From: Eledone cirrhosa
Lineage: Eukaryota
DNA length: 64,000 bases
Reading direction: 5' to 3'
Assembly: GCA_964016885.1 (NCBI GenBank)
Contig: OZ024749.1
Location: forward strand, 38,378,001-38,442,000
Translations under genes and position numbers: made by a program
In this document: piece after piece, positions 43,177-57,564 of the stretch
Numbering within the stretch: position 1 is the stretch's first letter
Layout of the letters: each line of letters opens with the position of its first letter
Notes under the pieces: model-generated
Databases searched by the model: none
What the model was told of the DNA's origin: nothing
The model's input: only the letters and a program-made list of their open reading frames with translations

Positions 43177-43728
43177 TACAAACACACGTTTACTGGTACA
43201 ATCCATCCGACAGGCTTCTACTCAATCTTCACCCACCCAGTTTCACTCACAAGACATGGGTTGACCTAGAGTAATGTCAGATTAAATTCATGTTACGTAA
43301 TATAACATGAGAGCGTTATCGTGTTTGATACCAACATCTGTCTTCTATCAATATACAGAAGCCTGGCCTGACCAAGTTAAGGCTTCTTCCTGCTATTAAT
43401 ACTATGTTACTCGGCACAATCTACTTCACGGTCAAGTGGTCGGTGACTAAACCGGCTCCACGCCAGACTCTGGTCTTTTGAGGAGGGTAAATGGAATCCC
43501 AGCAGCACAAAGCAACAGTGGTTAAAAGGATGGATGAACTTCTCAGAGTCAACGGCCAATCACTTCAACTATGAGTTAAATAGCCTCACCAACCCTTAAT
43601 TGGCTAAGCGTGGAGAGTCTGGCTACACCCCTGACATGACAAACACCAACGAAAGTGGTGGAGGTCAACCAGGGAGGGGCTCCTCCAATAGAAGTGAGAA
43701 GGCATTTGATTGGATATATATATATGTG

Positions 43729-43774
<46 letters not shown>

Positions 43775-43864
43775 AACTATAGTATCTAATGAATCATTCA
43801 TGATTTGCCACATTAAGAGAGATTTCGCTGCTATTTCTAGCTAGGAGAACAATTAGATAACCAT

Positions 43865-44050
43865 TTGGCAGTATTTAGTAGAAGATCGGATGCCATGCTT
43901 TGCAGTATAGAGTTACGCCCCTTTATGGTGTGAGTTCAAATCCCGCCGAGGTTCACTTTGCCTTTCATCCTTACGGGGTCGATAAAATAAAGTACCAGTA
44001 ATGTACTGGGGTAATTGCTGGCCTTGTGCCAATAGTAGAAACAATTATTA
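43865..44050 (+). mobile_element. SINE family 1 copy
   Basis: gagttcaaatcccgccgagg plus the conserved core. Confidence 0.9.
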
Positions 44051-45451
44051 TTTCATTGATAGCCAATGAAATAATAATTGGAGATAATTGTAGTTAGATC
44101 ATAATATATTGTATAATATAACCCAGATGATAGTAAGGAATTGCATTGGCATAGGCATAAATCTCTTAGAAAGAACATATTTTGAAGTCAAGTAAAAGAT
44201 ATTTTAAAGACATGGTTATATTATATAATATTTACATTGTGCATTACTTATGTATGTATTTGACGGTGTCATTCTTTCTGTTAGAACATATATATTAAAA
44301 ACTGAAGTATTTCAAAACTATATGAGATTCATTACTAATAAACACCTGGCTACTGATTCAGTTAGAATATTTAGAATATTATTCGTACGAGCAATGTCAC
44401 AACAAAACAATTTTAAATGAAAATTAATAGCAACTCTCTCAAACTGTTTGATCACATCACACGCTCATATTGTGACCTCTCTAAAATCTCTCTGGAAAGT
44501 ATATCTAGAAAAAGAAAATGAAGACTCCATTCCCATCAATGGTAGATTGAATGACCAAATCCTCAAATAATCTTAATATCAATCATTGAAAGAACTCAAG
44601 ACGCTGGCAGCAAACAGGGATAAATGGTAGAAATATGTTGATGATGTTCTGTATTTTGATGTACGCCGGGTATAACTGTTAAAAACGATAGTTTACGAAA
44701 TTTTAAAATGAAAACATCGGAATTATTTAGCGAACGTCTGTATATTAGAAATCCCCCAAATACAAATTTATTTTACTGACACAACATAAAAACTTACATG
44801 TCACAGAGAAACAAAGATGTCTCCGCTTTAATAGTTAAAAGTTGAGCCATAAATGTGAAAAAATAGTAAATCTATATAAACTAAGCTATTAAAGTTGTTT
44901 AATAGCTTAGTTTATATTGCAGCTACTGCTGAGATAAGCTATTAACTTGCTACATATTTACATACATTCTCTCCTCTCCTTGCGTTAAACAAAATATTTC
45001 AAAGACAAAACAAAAGAATACAAAACAATATCCAAGGACATTCAATTTCTTTTTCCTTCGTTTCGAAAATTTAACGATAAAAAATTTAATAAAATAGATT
45101 ATATAAAATAAAATAATGTAAAAAAATAATACAATAATGAAAAACAAATATTATGCATTTCTTCCTCACATATTTTCCATTTCGCTAATATAAAAATTTA
45201 TTCAAATCATTTGATGTTTATTGTGACCACGTTAATTTCCTCAAATAAAGGTAAGGGCATATTGGGATCAATATATTTAAATAAATGGCAGTATTATTCC
45301 AAAATTGGAAAATAAGGATTTTAATCGGACTATAAAACAACTTAGAAATACATTCTGTTCTAAGTTATATGTCCTTCTTAGATGCAGTATATATCTGTAT
45401 ATCTTTTATATTTTTAGTTTTGTATATATTTTCTGACTAAATATAAATACT

Positions 45452-45525
<74 letters not shown>

Positions 45526-45734
45526 ATATATATAGATACATATATATGCCTATATGTATATATATATATGTGTGTGTGTATATATATAGATACATATATA
45601 TGCCTATATATATATATATATGTGTGTGTGTGTATATATATAGATATATATATGCCTATATGTATATATATATATATGTGTGTGTGTATATATATAGATA
45701 TATATATGCCTATATGTATATATATATATATATA

Positions 45735-45771
<37 letters not shown>

Positions 45772-46841
45772 CATGGTCATATTAAGGGATATATATAATT
45801 AGAAATAAAACTATCATTACTCAAGAAACATTTCTACCACACCATATTTAGGTAATAACATAATAATAATCTGATATTTTTTCAACTACTAAACATCTCT
45901 TTAAATACCTATTCCACCCAAAGGACCATACTCCTCTATAAAAATGTTTATATTTTTAACTCTTAACAGCTTGTAACACGTGAAGCCGCATTAGCAAGAC
46001 AAAACAGAACTATACATGCATCTCATGAAACATTAAACTTCTAAGTTTAATACTGCAAATATTCACAAATATGTGACCACTATTAACGATGCTATAAACA
46101 TTTGAATTAACTAATCTATTTGTAGATATTCTCTTCTAGATAATAATAGGAATTTTTAAGTTAAACCTACAGTGTTATATTATTCAAATCTTTCAAACAA
46201 ACAACTACAGATTTCTATCGTCTGTTGCAGTGTTTTGAAATGACGTATGTTGTAAAACATACGGAAATATAAATATAAATAGTTCACATCAACTAAAGAT
46301 AGTACTATATATAGTTAACATATTTTAAACATACGGCGATAGAATTTCATATCATTTTAAGCATACAGTAATAGATAGATAGCTTGTATCAGTTTAAAAA
46401 AAAACACCAATATAGATATTTTACATCTTTTGAACAAACTGCAGCATGTAGCTCACATATTTTAAACATAGCAATGTTGACACAAGATGTAGCTTACATC
46501 TTTAAAAACAGAGCGGCGTAAATGTTTAACGTGTTTTACACATACAGCGTTGGATAGCTCACATCCTTTAAACATACAGTAAGAGATAGATAGTTAATAT
46601 ATAGTTTTAGAAATATCTATACATTCGTTTAAAAAAGATTTTTTTTTTTCATCTATAGCTAAATAACTGAATCAGAAAAAATATTTTTCTTTTCACTAAG
46701 TAATCATATAAAACAGCCTCGAGGATTCTCAGAAATCTAATATTTATAGATTATCTGAAATATACAACTAGATGACATTTCAATGGAAATATATTTGCTG
46801 TAGTCGTCTTCTTCTTCTTGTGTCTCATTCTTCTTCTTCGT

Positions 46842-46895
<54 letters not shown>

Positions 46896-46999
46896 TTCTT
46901 TCATTATTGTTTCACAGTGTGCCAGTTAATACAGCACATTGATTATAAATTATTTTTAAATAATTTAAAAAAATTATTATTATAAATTATTATTATTAC

Positions 47000-47036
<37 letters not shown>

Positions 47037-47217
47037 GCCATATCTTCCAGTAGAAACTGTTCACCTTTAACAATTGCCCAATAGAATGTTATTTTAAAGT
47101 CGTCGACCAAGCTGGTGAAAACAGGTAAATAGATCGAATTTTCTTTTTGATATGGAAGCAACAAAACAATTTATTTATGAATTTCAGAGAAACTCCAAAC
47201 CTACGGTGTTGATCATA

Positions 47218-47253
<36 letters not shown>

Positions 47254-47261
47254 GTGTGTGT

Positions 47262-47325
<64 letters not shown>

Positions 47326-47329
47326 GTGT

Positions 47330-47772
47330 AGTGAAAAGTGTGCTAGCAGCCGAAATGTATGATAAAGTTATATCTGCATAAATACTGAGTATGTAACGGA
47401 GACTGCACTACCATGTATAAATATATACAGATATCTAATATGTAGGCATGTAAATATGACAAGAATACGAATTTCCCTGTAAATTGAAAAAATTATAAAC
47501 ATCTTAAATTGATTATCGGATCTAATAGGACCCTCATCAAAAGACGTGTATACCATACCATCAACTACAAGAAAACATGTATTTGATGGGTATATATACC
47601 TGTAGTATTATTCTGAAATGAACTTAGTAATTTGCATATAATTATCACTCGTGCTGGTAATTAATTAAGACATATAGTAAGAAGTGCGCTAGCAGCCGAA
47701 GTGTTTGATAAAGTTATAACTGTATAAATACAAAATATGTATTAGAAACTGCTCCAAAGTTTATAAATATAA
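47330..47772 (-). mobile_element. Partial tandem (period about 346 nt) with degenerate hammerhead
   Basis: gctagcagccgaa...gataaagttata at 47342 and 47688. Minus strand tctt-ttgatga-gggtc-ctatta-gatcc-gata...aaga at about 47500-47545. Confidence 0.6.
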
Positions 47773-47791
47773 ATATATATATATATATATA

Positions 47792-48160
<369 letters not shown>

Positions 48161-48170
48161 GATATATATA

Positions 48171-48358
48171 ATTGTTTCTACTTTAGGCACAAGGCCAGCA
48201 AATACCCAGTGTATTACTGGTACTTTATTTTATCAACCCCGTAAGGATGAAAGGCAAAGTTACCCTCGGCAGGATTTGAACTCAGAATGGAAAGGGCCGT
48301 AACTCTTTGCGTCAAAGCATGGCGTCCGACCCTCTACCGATACTGCCAAAATACCACC
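48171..48358 (-). mobile_element. SINE family 1 copy
   Basis: Reverse complement of the consensus. Confidence 0.9.
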
Positions 48359-48516
48359 TTATATATGTATATATAATGTAGTCAATATCGATATTTTATA
48401 AAGTATGTTTTTCTGGGCCTTTCACATTTCGTCTTTTGGATTTATCTAGTTTTCTGTCTACAACATTCCAGCCAGACTGGATATGAGAAAATACTATAAT
48501 AGATAATACTATTATA

Positions 48517-48582
<66 letters not shown>

Positions 48583-48597
48583 GTATGTATATATATG

Positions 48598-48864
48598 AAA
48601 GACGTAAAATAAGAAAATTATAAAAATTAACTTACTTACTAAAATTTCACTCCAACTAATTAGTTTCTGAAAGGGAATAAACATGGTTTCCGAATAGAAC
48701 ACATGGAGAAGGCCTTTCGTCATCAGGGAAGTCTATTCTCAGCTAAGTTCCCAGGCAATGCGTGGACACAGGGAACTTATACAAAAATAATTCAGTGGAT
48801 GGAAAAAAGCAAAGCGTGGACTAAGTTCCAGGACATTGAAAAAATCACTGTCTACTTGGTCGGT

Positions 48865-48868
<4 letters not shown>
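48598..48868 (-). mobile_element. TA-nested family L island with hammerhead-like core
   Basis: Minus strand ctgatga-cgaaagg...ctattcg-gaaa; same terminal sequence at 54980-55055. Stems I and III unclear. Confidence 0.55.
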
Positions 48869-48894
<26 letters not shown>

Positions 48895-48902
<8 letters not shown>

Positions 48903-49315
48903 TAAGAGGAATTCCAACTTTGTCTGATTTACTCGTTTAATTTACAATCCTTTAAAATTTATAATGGTATTATAATGAAATAGTACGATAGAATATTAAA
49001 TGTTAAGTGTTAATTGAACAAGTACTTTCATGCTTTCGCAATCTTCAGGTTCATAATGTGTGGTGACAGTCAAGTTTGCAATTTTCAACAGTTGAAAATT
49101 GCAAACTTGACTGTCACCACATATCATGAACCTGAAGATTGCGAAAGCATGAAAGTACTTGTTCAATTAACACTTTACATTTAATATTCTATCATACTAT
49201 TTCATTATAATACCATTATAAATTTTAAAGGATTGTAAATAAAACGAGTAAATCAGACAAAGTTGGAATTCCTCTTATTAATATAATCTTCTATACACAA
49301 TCATACACACCCGTG
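48895..49315 (+). mobile_element. TA-nested fold-back family K: palindrome of about 390 bp plus tail of about 30 nt
   Basis: 48895-49089 pairs with 49091-49284, centred on a single A at 49090. Confidence 0.92.
49127..49165 (+). ncRNA. 39-nt minimal type-I hammerhead (mirror copy on the minus strand at about 49015-49053)
   Basis: tgaac-ctgaaga-t tgc gaaa gca t-gaaa-gtac-tt-gttca; stem I 5 bp, palindromic stem III agtact. Confidence 0.85.
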
Positions 49316-49333
49316 TATATTTATCTATCTATC

Positions 49334-49371
<38 letters not shown>

Positions 49372-49373
49372 CT

Positions 49374-49407
<34 letters not shown>

Positions 49408-49475
49408 CTTATATATATATTCATATATATATATATATACTTATATATATATATATAAATGTGTGTGTGTGTATT

Positions 49476-49530
<55 letters not shown>

Positions 49531-49845
49531 TAATATATGTGTTTATGTGTAGATATTGTGTAGGAGTGTATGTATATTAGAGAATGAAATGAGTGAATTT
49601 TTGCCAATACTTCGATCAATAATTTTTAAAGAAATTTCTAAATACCAAATGGCAACAATAGTTTTTTTTCTACGTTGTAGCTTTTCTATACAACGAAGGA
49701 TGGGCACGTCTTTAAAAAATATCACTGTTATTCTTAAACACTAAAAATGCATTAACAATAGCCACTCTCTTAGTTTTTCTGTTTTGCACATATAACACTG
49801 AACACGCACTAATCTCTTATTTATATAAGTTGTTTTTCTTTTTGT

Positions 49846-50036
49846 GAAGTCGCGTGGCTTAGTGGTTAAGATATTCGGCTTACAATCGTAGGGTCGTTAG
49901 TTCGATTCAGGTTCCATGCGTTTAGGGTATACGTGAATGTAGAATGCACAGCCACTTGCATGTGAATTTCACAAGCAGGCTGTTACGTTAGTCGTATCAA
50001 ATGGAACGCTCATCGTCGTAATTGACGAAAGGCCAG
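49846..50036 (+). mobile_element. tRNA-derived SINE family 2, internally deleted
   Basis: gcgtggcttagtggttaag (A-box) ...gttcgattc (B-box) followed by a non-tRNA tail. Confidence 0.6.
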
Positions 50037-50161
50037 GGTTTTGGGTTTTTGTTTAATGGCTTAACTGTTTATAAGGCCAAATAGTGGAAAAGAGCGTTTT
50101 CCTTTGCCTTCCCATTAACATATTGGCAATTTCATTTAAGACAACAGACCATTGCAGATAT

Positions 50162-50400
50162 TTAATCTTTTTGATACGAACCTGCCCGAAACCACCTTTA
50201 TGTTTATTAAGCAAAACACCCACTTTAAAGGGTTCCTGTCTAAATTAAAACTTTCTGACATAAATTCATATAAGAATCTGTTATTAAGTTATGTTACAAC
50301 TGTCATCTTTTTAATGAAATAATTAACGATTTAAGGAGATTCCTCCTTCTTCATTAATCAATAGTAACAGGGAGTATTTCGCCGGTCACAAAAGGGTTAA
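50162..50400. mobile_element. Possible piggyBac-type MITE remnant
   Basis: Right end caaaaggg-ttaa; left end ttaa-tctttttg is degenerate. Confidence 0.35.
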
Positions 50401-50912
50401 GTCACAATAGAGAACAACAAGGTTATCTGCTCCTTCTAATAAATTCTAACGTAGCTGCTCAAAATGTCATTATTACCTACATTAACAGGTTTAATGTATA
50501 TGACTTAATGTATGGAAATATAGAAGAATCGAGATGAAATTGCCACTAAATTTGATTATATCCCGCTCATTACTCCGTAGTTATATAGTATAATAGACTT
50601 TACATGTTAGTACCACTATCGTAAGATTTATGGATGCAGAGCTTGTGCTGTCACATTCAATGAGCAGATGGCATTTTAAACAAGACATATGTTATGGTAT
50701 GGAAAGACAGTGTGGCAATAAACTTGTTGCTGCAGCAATTACTATACAATGACTTCGCTGGAAAGTCGCCTTCATTATGAACTGCGAAATATTTCAATCT
50801 TATAACAATGCATGTCACCATATTAGAGTACAGAATACTTATAGCATGACCGGACAATTATAGCTAAAGACACACATATACATACATGCACTCACAAACA
50901 CACGCACGCACG

Positions 50913-50971
<59 letters not shown>

Positions 50972-51030
50972 ATGATTTCATCAGTAGTTGTTAATGCTCA
51001 GTGGAGTTAGTATATGACTATATTAGTATA

Positions 51031-51216
51031 TATTGTTTCTACTTTTAGCACAAGGCCAGCAATTATCCCAGTGCGTTACTGGTACTTTATTTTATCGACC
51101 CCGTAAGGATGAAAGGCAAAGTTAACCTCGGCGGGATTTGAACTCATACCATAAAGGGCCGTAACTCTGTGCTGCAAAGCGTCCGACCCTCTACTGATAC
51201 TGCCAATCCACTGCCA
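51031..51216 (-). mobile_element. SINE family 1 copy
   Basis: Reverse complement of the consensus. Confidence 0.9.
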
Positions 51217-51774
51217 TTAGTATATTAGTATATAGTGTGACTTAATTTACTTCATAATCTCACAATGTATGGGAGAAGGGGTGGGGTTTATAGATATAGG
51301 CACATATGTGCACACATATATGTGCACACATATACATACAAACATATATATACATACATACATGGATACAGACATACCCACAAACATACCTCTAAACATA
51401 TATTCATACATACATACATACACACACGCATACATACACACATACATACATAAATACATACATAAAAACACAGACACACACACGTGTATAATACATACAT
51501 AACACATACATGCACACATACATACACACATACATAAATAAATACATACATTCATACATACATATACACACACATACATATATACGTACATACATACATA
51601 TATTCAAACATACATACTTATATACATACATACATTCATACATACACATATATACATATACACATATATACATACATAAATACATACATAAAGCATACAG
51701 ACACATACATAAAGCATACATATACATACATAATGCATAGATAACACATACATGCACACATACACATACATACA

Positions 51775-51962
51775 ACCTGATTACACCTTCAGATTTATGC
51801 CTGTGATTATTGGGGCACTGGGAAATATTAGTAACTGCCTCAATACAAATCTTGAGAAGCTGGGCTTCACAGGAACAGAAAGAACACTAGTTAGGAAATT
51901 ACAAGTACAATCCATTAATGGAACAGTAAAAAAATGTAAAACATTCCACAATTTTGCATCTC
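51775..51962 (+). pseudogene. RLE-type non-LTR retrotransposon C-terminal fragment
   Basis: FMPVIIGALGNISNCLNTNLEKLGF...LQVQSINGTVKKCKTF; sits within (TACA)n repeats. Confidence 0.65.
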
Positions 51963-52539
51963 ATAACTGCATATACACATGTACAGATACAAAGCATATA
52001 CGCATGCACACATACAACTCAAAACATACGCATCCACACATACAATAACATAAATATCTACACATGCAGGCATGCATACATATCTACCTAGTTGATGTTG
52101 TGTAAATTCTCTATTGGGAAAACTTTGTGAAATTATAAAACCAGAAGAACATACATAAATACATACATACATACTTATATACATATAAACATACATACAT
52201 AGATACATACGTACATAAATACTACATATATACATATATACATACATACATAGATACATACATACATATATACATACATACATAAATTAAGAGAGCTGGC
52301 GTTGTTTCTAGTTGGGGTTGATATGTAGTGTGATTCAATAAAAAGCATTCGATGACTATATTGAATTGACTCAATCAGTTTCAGCACTTCGATTAGATTA
52401 TATAAAAGGAACCATTTTATACGAGAATTATATACATTCATGTGTATGTGTATGCATATATAGGTGTACGTGTATATCTGTGTCTGTGTCTGGCTCTGCG
52501 TGAGTACGTGTAGGTGCTAATGAGTGTGTGTGCGTTTGT

Positions 52540-53688
<1,149 letters not shown>

Positions 53689-53725
53689 ATAAGAAACGGA
53701 GAATCAGCTTTAAGCATCCCACACC

Positions 53726-53769
<44 letters not shown>

Positions 53770-53772
<3 letters not shown>

Positions 53773-53893
53773 AAAAGATTCAGGACTCTGACGTGGTCCT
53801 GAATCTTGTTCATGTTACCCACTCTACTACACTAAGTATCGAGTACTCTGGTGCGTTATGGTCCACCTGGTATCTTACTCACCCTCTTTGTTA
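53770..53893 (+). mobile_element. Family A copy with only a 12-bp fold-back
   Basis: aagattcaggac/gtcctgaatctt hairpin followed by the family A tail. Confidence 0.75.
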
Positions 53894-54147
53894 TATATAT
53901 ATATATATATATGTATGATGTATACATGTTTGCATGTATACATGATGGACTCTCATAGGATAGAACCTCAACCAACTCATTCGTCTCCTTATCGATAGCC
54001 TGTATTGCATTAGAAATGTTACATAACAATGTTATTATTTAAAATGCTGTCTGACGAAGTCTTGAGCTGGTTGCGTGTTGGCAGACTTACGTAATTATTA
54101 ACGCCACAGATATATGTTTTACACTATATTGAATTATGAACATATGC

Positions 54148-54192
<45 letters not shown>

Positions 54193-54193
<1 letters not shown>

Positions 54194-54436
54194 GATATTA
54201 TTAAATGGAAACTATATTTATAAAACCATATTTATTCCATTATACATATTTCAGGGATACCACATTAAATTATGGTATGCCTTCATCAGACAAAATACAA
54301 TAAATAACAGTTTTACAAATAGGTTTGACGTACACTTTAAAATACAACCATTACTCAAAAATTTGTCGAGTGCTTTATATCAGTTATAAAAATATTTACT
54401 TGTTGTATCCCAACAACTTTAAATAGAACTTTTGCA
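54193..54436 (-). ncRNA. Family B copy with hammerhead (core tcatcag at 54283)
   Basis: Minus strand tattttgt-ctgatga-aggcatacca...tggtatccct-gaaa-tatgta-ta-atggaata. Confidence 0.78.
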
Positions 54437-54450
54437 TATATATATATATA

Positions 54451-54656
54451 TATTAAAACAACAGATTAAAGTTTAAGCAAAGAATCGCTGCTTTCACCCT
54501 TAATGGGATCTTCCGTTAAGGGTGAAAGCAGCGATTCTTTGCTTAAACTTTAATCTGTTATTTTAATAAATATTTGCCCCACCGTTCTTATATATTTGAT
54601 ATATATTTATCCTTATCGAGCTCTCTTTGGATTTTAGTCTTCAAAATTATTATTAT

Positions 54657-54660
<4 letters not shown>
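54451..54660 (+). mobile_element. Family G fold-back (palindrome of about 115 bp plus tail)
   Basis: 54451-54506 pairs with about 54510-54567. Confidence 0.88.
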
Positions 54661-54695
<35 letters not shown>

Positions 54696-54699
<4 letters not shown>

Positions 54700-54924
54700 A
54701 GTATGTATGTATATATATATGTAAGTATGTATGTATACGTACATACATATATGTATACAGACGTACAGTAGCATGTATATATATACATACAGGCACACAT
54801 ATATATATGCACGTATCAGTTTACCGAACATTTATTATAATGCTCGGTTTGTTCGTTTGTAAACAAACAGCCTGAATTACGCCGTACTAAGAGTGAAAAA
54901 TGACATTTCGTTTCATTCTATTCC

Positions 54925-54928
<4 letters not shown>
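54696..54928 (+). mobile_element. MITE family C, body plus right TIR
   Basis: Ends gccgtactaagagtgaaaaatgacatttcgtttcattctattccattt, then (TA)n. Confidence 0.78.
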
Positions 54929-54983
<55 letters not shown>

Positions 54984-55069
54984 ACGTAAAATAAGAAACT
55001 TTTAAAAAAATTTTTTAAAATTAACTTACTTACTAAAATTTTCACTCCAACTAAGTAGATATATTAAAT

Positions 55070-55133
<64 letters not shown>

Positions 55134-55134
55134 T

Positions 55135-55395
55135 AAAGTTGCCTGCAGACGAACGAAACTGGTTGGGCACTGCATTCGTCATCCAGAAGAGATAGCATGA
55201 CAACTTGTGCTCTGGAAACCGGCGGTCGGACGAAGAAGCGTGGGAAGACAGGCCGTCTCGTTCATTGATACCCTGCTGAGAGATGTTAACATTGATAACA
55301 TCGATTAACTGAGAAATGTGATGCTCGACCGGGAATATTGGAGAAGGCGTGCTGAATCTTTGCGAGTGTAAACTCGGCCGAATAATAATAATAAT
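55135..55395 (+). pseudogene. RTE-clade LINE 3' fragment with (AAT)n tail
   Basis: RRTKLVGHCIRHPEEIA*QLVLWKP..GRRSVGR..VSFIDTL...MLDREYWRR. Confidence 0.8.
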
Positions 55396-55451
<56 letters not shown>

Positions 55452-55455
<4 letters not shown>

Positions 55456-55704
55456 TTAATATAGATGAGATTCTACAGGTCTAGAACTGTTTCATTCTTT
55501 AGAAATCATCAGGAATCTGGGTATCAAAAAATAAATATGGTATTTATAGGTCTCTACAAGTGGTAGGAGAGGGTGGGGTGTGGGATGGGTGTAGGTCATT
55601 GGTTGATAGAAAAGGAATTCATTACAAGCTAATTCTACAATGTACTCTGCAATGTATTGAGTACCTTACTTACTGTGGTTACCTCCGATTCAACCCGGAA
55701 TAGA

Positions 55705-55705
<1 letters not shown>
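55452..55705 (+). mobile_element. Family E copy (long inverted arm plus tail)
   Basis: Starts with the inverted hammerhead segment; ends with tail gtattgagtaccttacttactgtggttacctcc. Confidence 0.8.
55468..55518 (-). ncRNA. 51-nt type-I hammerhead ribozyme, intact-looking
   Basis: agattc-ctgatga-t ttc taaa gaa t-gaaa-cag ttctagac ctg-ta-gaatct; stem I 6 bp, GUA triplet. Confidence 0.85.
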
Positions 55706-55742
<37 letters not shown>

Positions 55743-55958
55743 AGAAAACTTATAATGAAACAATTGTTTGGAAAGAGAGATGTATTTTAACTTTAATTAT
55801 ATCTCATAAAATAATACAACTGGCTTTTCCACATAATACATATTGTTAGCACCCCAAACACTTAAATTGGGTTTATATTAAAATATAACCTAATCTTTGT
55901 TGAGTGAGATGGTTACCAGTCAGAGTTTAGCTTTAAACTATCTCTGTTATTGTATTAA

Positions 55959-55982
<24 letters not shown>

Positions 55983-55989
<7 letters not shown>

Positions 55990-56890
55990 ATGTTGAAAAG
56001 GTAACACACCAGAGAGAGATATACAGTGCGCTATCAATAAAACAGGGGAAAAAACCACCAGGGTATGGAATCTATAACCTATGAAAGTCCGACTATAGAC
56101 ACGATAATTAAAAATATAAATTAAAGCGTAAATAAATACCTCTATAACTATATAACACACGTACAGCTGGACAGTCACTTTTAAAATTCTCTTAGTGTTG
56201 TCTGAAATGTATAGCCTTACACACGCTGATGAACCGAGGCTAACCCATTTCTTTCAACACATTACTAGTGAAACATATCTTTGGCTTAGTATCTTTGGAT
56301 TTGTACGTGTCTTATATAGTTATAGAGGTATTTATTTACGCTTTAATTTATATTTTTAATTATCGTGCCTATAGTCTGCCTTTCATAGGTTATAGATTCC
56401 ATACACTGGTGGGTTTGTTTCCCTGTTTTATTGATAGCGCACTGTATATCTCTCTCTGGTGTGTTACCTTTTCAACATATTGTATTTTAAAGAGCTCAGA
56501 ATTTCTTCTCCTTTGAGCACATTATTTACAGGGAATAGCGAGGGCCTATGCCTCCGTTAATTTATCGTGATATTTCGCTCCTAATAACAGTCTTTCCTAT
56601 CTCTGTTTGGTTGAGCACACTTCTGTGAGTGGCTTTGGGCTGCCCTTTCTAGCAGTTCGTCCCTCAGAGGCCACTGGTTCACTGCCCTTAAACTCGCTGT
56701 GACTTCTCTCTCCCACGTGTAGCTGGACAGTCACTTTTAAAATTCTCTTAGTGTTGTCTGAAATGTATAGCCTTACACACGCTGATGAACTGAGGCTAAC
56801 CCATTTCTTTCAACAAATTACTGGTGAAACATATCTTTGGATTAGTATCTTTGGATTTGTACGAGTGTTATATAATTATAGAGGTATTTT
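55983..56890 (+). mobile_element. Family F: inverted arm followed by 1.3 head-to-tail copies of a 556-nt hammerhead-containing unit
   Basis: 55983-56165 is inverted relative to about 56302-56486. agctggacagtc...ctgatga occurs twice, cores at 56226 and 56782. Confidence 0.88.
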
Positions 56891-56968
56891 GTTAGTTTCA
56901 GAAGATCCCGTTAAGGGTGAAAGCAGCGATTCTTTGCTTAAACTTTAATCTGTTATTTTAATAAATAT
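56890..56968 (+). mobile_element. Family G fragment fused to family F
   Basis: agttt-cagaaga-tccc gttaa gggt-gaaa-gcag...ttgc-tt-aaact, ending ttttaataaatata. Confidence 0.8.
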
Positions 56969-57564
56969 ATATATATATATATATAAAGAGAGAGAGAGAT
57001 AATATATATATCTATAAACCATTATTATCATCACATGCGCAAACACATACATATTTATATATATACATGCACATAAGTGTATGCATGTATGTAATAAAAT
57101 AATTCAACGCTGGGGCATTCCATGTAATCAATTACCAATGTTCCATCATCAATCATCAATCATTCTCGATTGCTGTTAAATCGAAACAAAATGGTGGATT
57201 ATTTGTAACAAACAACGAGCGAAAACTTTAGCAAAAATATTTAAAATAAAAACCAATCCGAAAATATACAAAATACTAATCACCTCTCTGAACGTTCATT
57301 GTGATTTCAACGTGAACTACTGCTGTTCAGAATACTTAATTAAATACTAATTATCTCATTTTAAAATACCTTCGAATAATGAAATTTGTTTTTAATTATT
57401 TCTTCTTTTTTTCTCGTTTTGCTTTGTTTGTATGTTTGTATGTTTGATTGTTTGTTTTTTGTAATGTTATTTTTCGGTTTTGATTTTTCAGTAAAAACCC
57501 ACAGGTATCAGTTAACATGCCTTGCATTCGTTTCATATGGACTGGCTTATTTTATTATTTTATT

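Noticed and set aside
44380-44670. Possible RTE-like LINE remnant (LKELKTLAANRDKW)
   Set aside because: Only one short motif; too decayed to support as a feature.
49846-49920. tRNA gene
   Set aside because: A and B boxes are present but the acceptor and T stems do not close; better explained as a SINE head.
54045-54100. ctgacga-agtct...agact hammerhead candidate; also minus-strand ctgatga near 12465
   Set aside because: GAAA and stems I/III not recoverable; too degenerate to call.
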